This document shows positions 6,861-7,798 of a stretch of DNA of 7,798 nt, in pieces. The position numbers and the translations under genes are program-made. Position 1 is the stretch's first letter. Each line of letters starts with the position of its first letter. Source of the stretch: Octopus sinensis (taxonomy: Eukaryota); assembly GCF_006345805.1 (NCBI RefSeq), contig NW_021828773.1, forward strand, positions 1 through 7,798. The letters are read 5' to 3'. The notes beneath the pieces are model-generated. The model had not been told where the DNA came from, did not search any database, and was given only the letters and a program-made list of their open reading frames with translations.

Positions 6861-7283
6861 GAGTTCCTTCTTACATAGAACGTGACCAACTTGAATTCTG
6901 TGAAAAACTATAATAAAATTTCAATGAAAATCTTATGTATGAATATTATATGAGTGTGTTGTGTGTGTATATGTATGTGTGTGTGCATGTATGTATGTAT
7001 GTATGTATGTATGTATGTATGTATGTATGTATGTATGCATGCATGTATGTATGTGTGTATGTATGTATGTATGTATGTATGTATGTATGTATGTATGTAC
7101 TACAGCATATACAGTAATCCCTCACCATATCGCGGTTCACCTATCGTGCACTCGGAACATCGCGGATTTTTCTGGCTTAATATATGTAAATTTATATCGC
7201 AGACTCCTCAGTATATCGCTGGTTTCTGAGGCCGATAGGTATTCATATTTTTTTAGTTTTTAATTATTTCTGTGGTAAAATAA
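6861..7283 (+). repeat. Local direct duplication, copy B (partner 2579-2906)
   Basis: Starts gagttccttcttacatagaacgtgacc and has the same order of flank, microsatellite and MITE as copy A. Confidence 0.95.
6953..7099. repeat. (TG)n/(TATG)n microsatellite
   Basis: Includes TATGx12, CATGx2, TATGx2, TGTG, TATGx10. Confidence 0.97.
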
Positions 7284-7610
7284 GCATTATCATGCCTAAA
7301 AATTAATAAATTAATAAACAGAAATAGAGTACAGTGCTGCACTGTATAACACATTAATTAAAATATATTAAGAGAAAATATGTAGTGTACTGTAGATGAG
7401 GAAACAAAGAATCGCACGCACACTGCATAGAAAACGAAATTCGGGATGCTAGTGTGTGGTATTGTTTTGCATTTATGATAGAATAAATATATACAAATTA
7501 TAAAAATAATTTTAAAATATATGCAGTACAGTACTGTTTCTACTTCGCGGATTTTCACCTATCGCGGGAGGTTTTGGAACGTGACACCCGCGATAGGTGA
7601 GGGATTATTA
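7112..7610. mobile_element. Full-length non-autonomous pogo/Tigger-like DNA transposon (MITE), ~499 bp
   Basis: Left TIR TA|cagtaatccctcaccatatcgcgg. Right TIR ccgcgataggtgagggattatta (7588-7610) is its near reverse complement, with a 1-nt gap and decayed terminal bases. Tigger-type subterminal block ctacttcgcggattttcacctatcgcgggaggttttggaacg; AT-rich interior with no transposase ORF. Confidence 0.85.
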
Positions 7611-7611
7611 C

Positions 7612-7628
7612 ATATATATATATATATA
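7612..7628. repeat. (TA)n at the MITE right boundary
   Basis: atatatatatatatata. Confidence 0.9.
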
Positions 7629-7798
7629 AATTAAGAGGAATGACCACTAAAGCGGACACCCTATATGCTAAGCATAGACGTCAAATCACCATTACCACGA
7701 AGAATGTGTTCTCAAGAAAAAACTCTCAGCAAAACGCTAAAATGTAAAAATCAGCAAGACAAATGCAACCATAAGAAATAAAAACGATTACCTACGTA

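Noticed and set aside
5478-7045. Shared CATGCATG interruption as proof that the two arrays have a common origin
   Set aside because: CATA to CATG is a single transition, the motif is self-complementary, and the other interruptions do not correspond.
2579-7283. Direct repeats as the LTRs of a retrotransposon
   Set aside because: No TG…CA ends, PBS, PPT, TSD or gag/pol remnants, and the repeat contains part of a DNA-transposon MITE.
291-7558. Supplied ORFs as protein-coding genes (poly-K/E/N/I/F/V, YIYI, MYVC, HTYI, YLSI types)
   Set aside because: Nearly all are translations of microsatellites, and the rest run through SINE or MITE sequence. None has a recognisable domain.
7786-7798. Minus-strand donor-like TAG|GTAATC at the window edge
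   Set aside because: Only 7 nt of the putative exon are visible, so it cannot be evaluated.

Overview
Non-coding, repeat-saturated eukaryotic DNA, most likely from an octopus. That is an inference from the tRNA-derived SINE families I recognise plus the extreme TA/CATA/GATA/triplet microsatellite load. I can support no protein-coding gene, RNA gene or CRISPR array, and nearly all supplied ORFs are translations of microsatellites. From start to end the window holds: (i) a retroposon stack at 413-2071, made of a four-unit multimeric SINE with a near-perfect 184-bp tandem, a fifth older SINE with an (ATT)n tail, and a minus-strand tRNA-headed SINE joined to an unrecognised CpG-rich segment ending in (GAA)n; (ii) a local direct duplication (2579-2906 vs 6861-7283) that copies unique flank, microsatellite and the left part of a pogo/Tigger-like MITE, whose full copy is 7112-7610; (iii) large microsatellite blocks, including a 64-bp perfect inverted pair; (iv) a few short islands with exon-like signals. 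The most provocative of these islands is a 153-nt minus-strand candidate exon whose best frame is blocked by a single UAG, which A-to-I editing could recode. I see no clearly demonstrated new biological system. The findings are mostly TE-evolution observations, and the exon and editing ideas are low-probability hypotheses.
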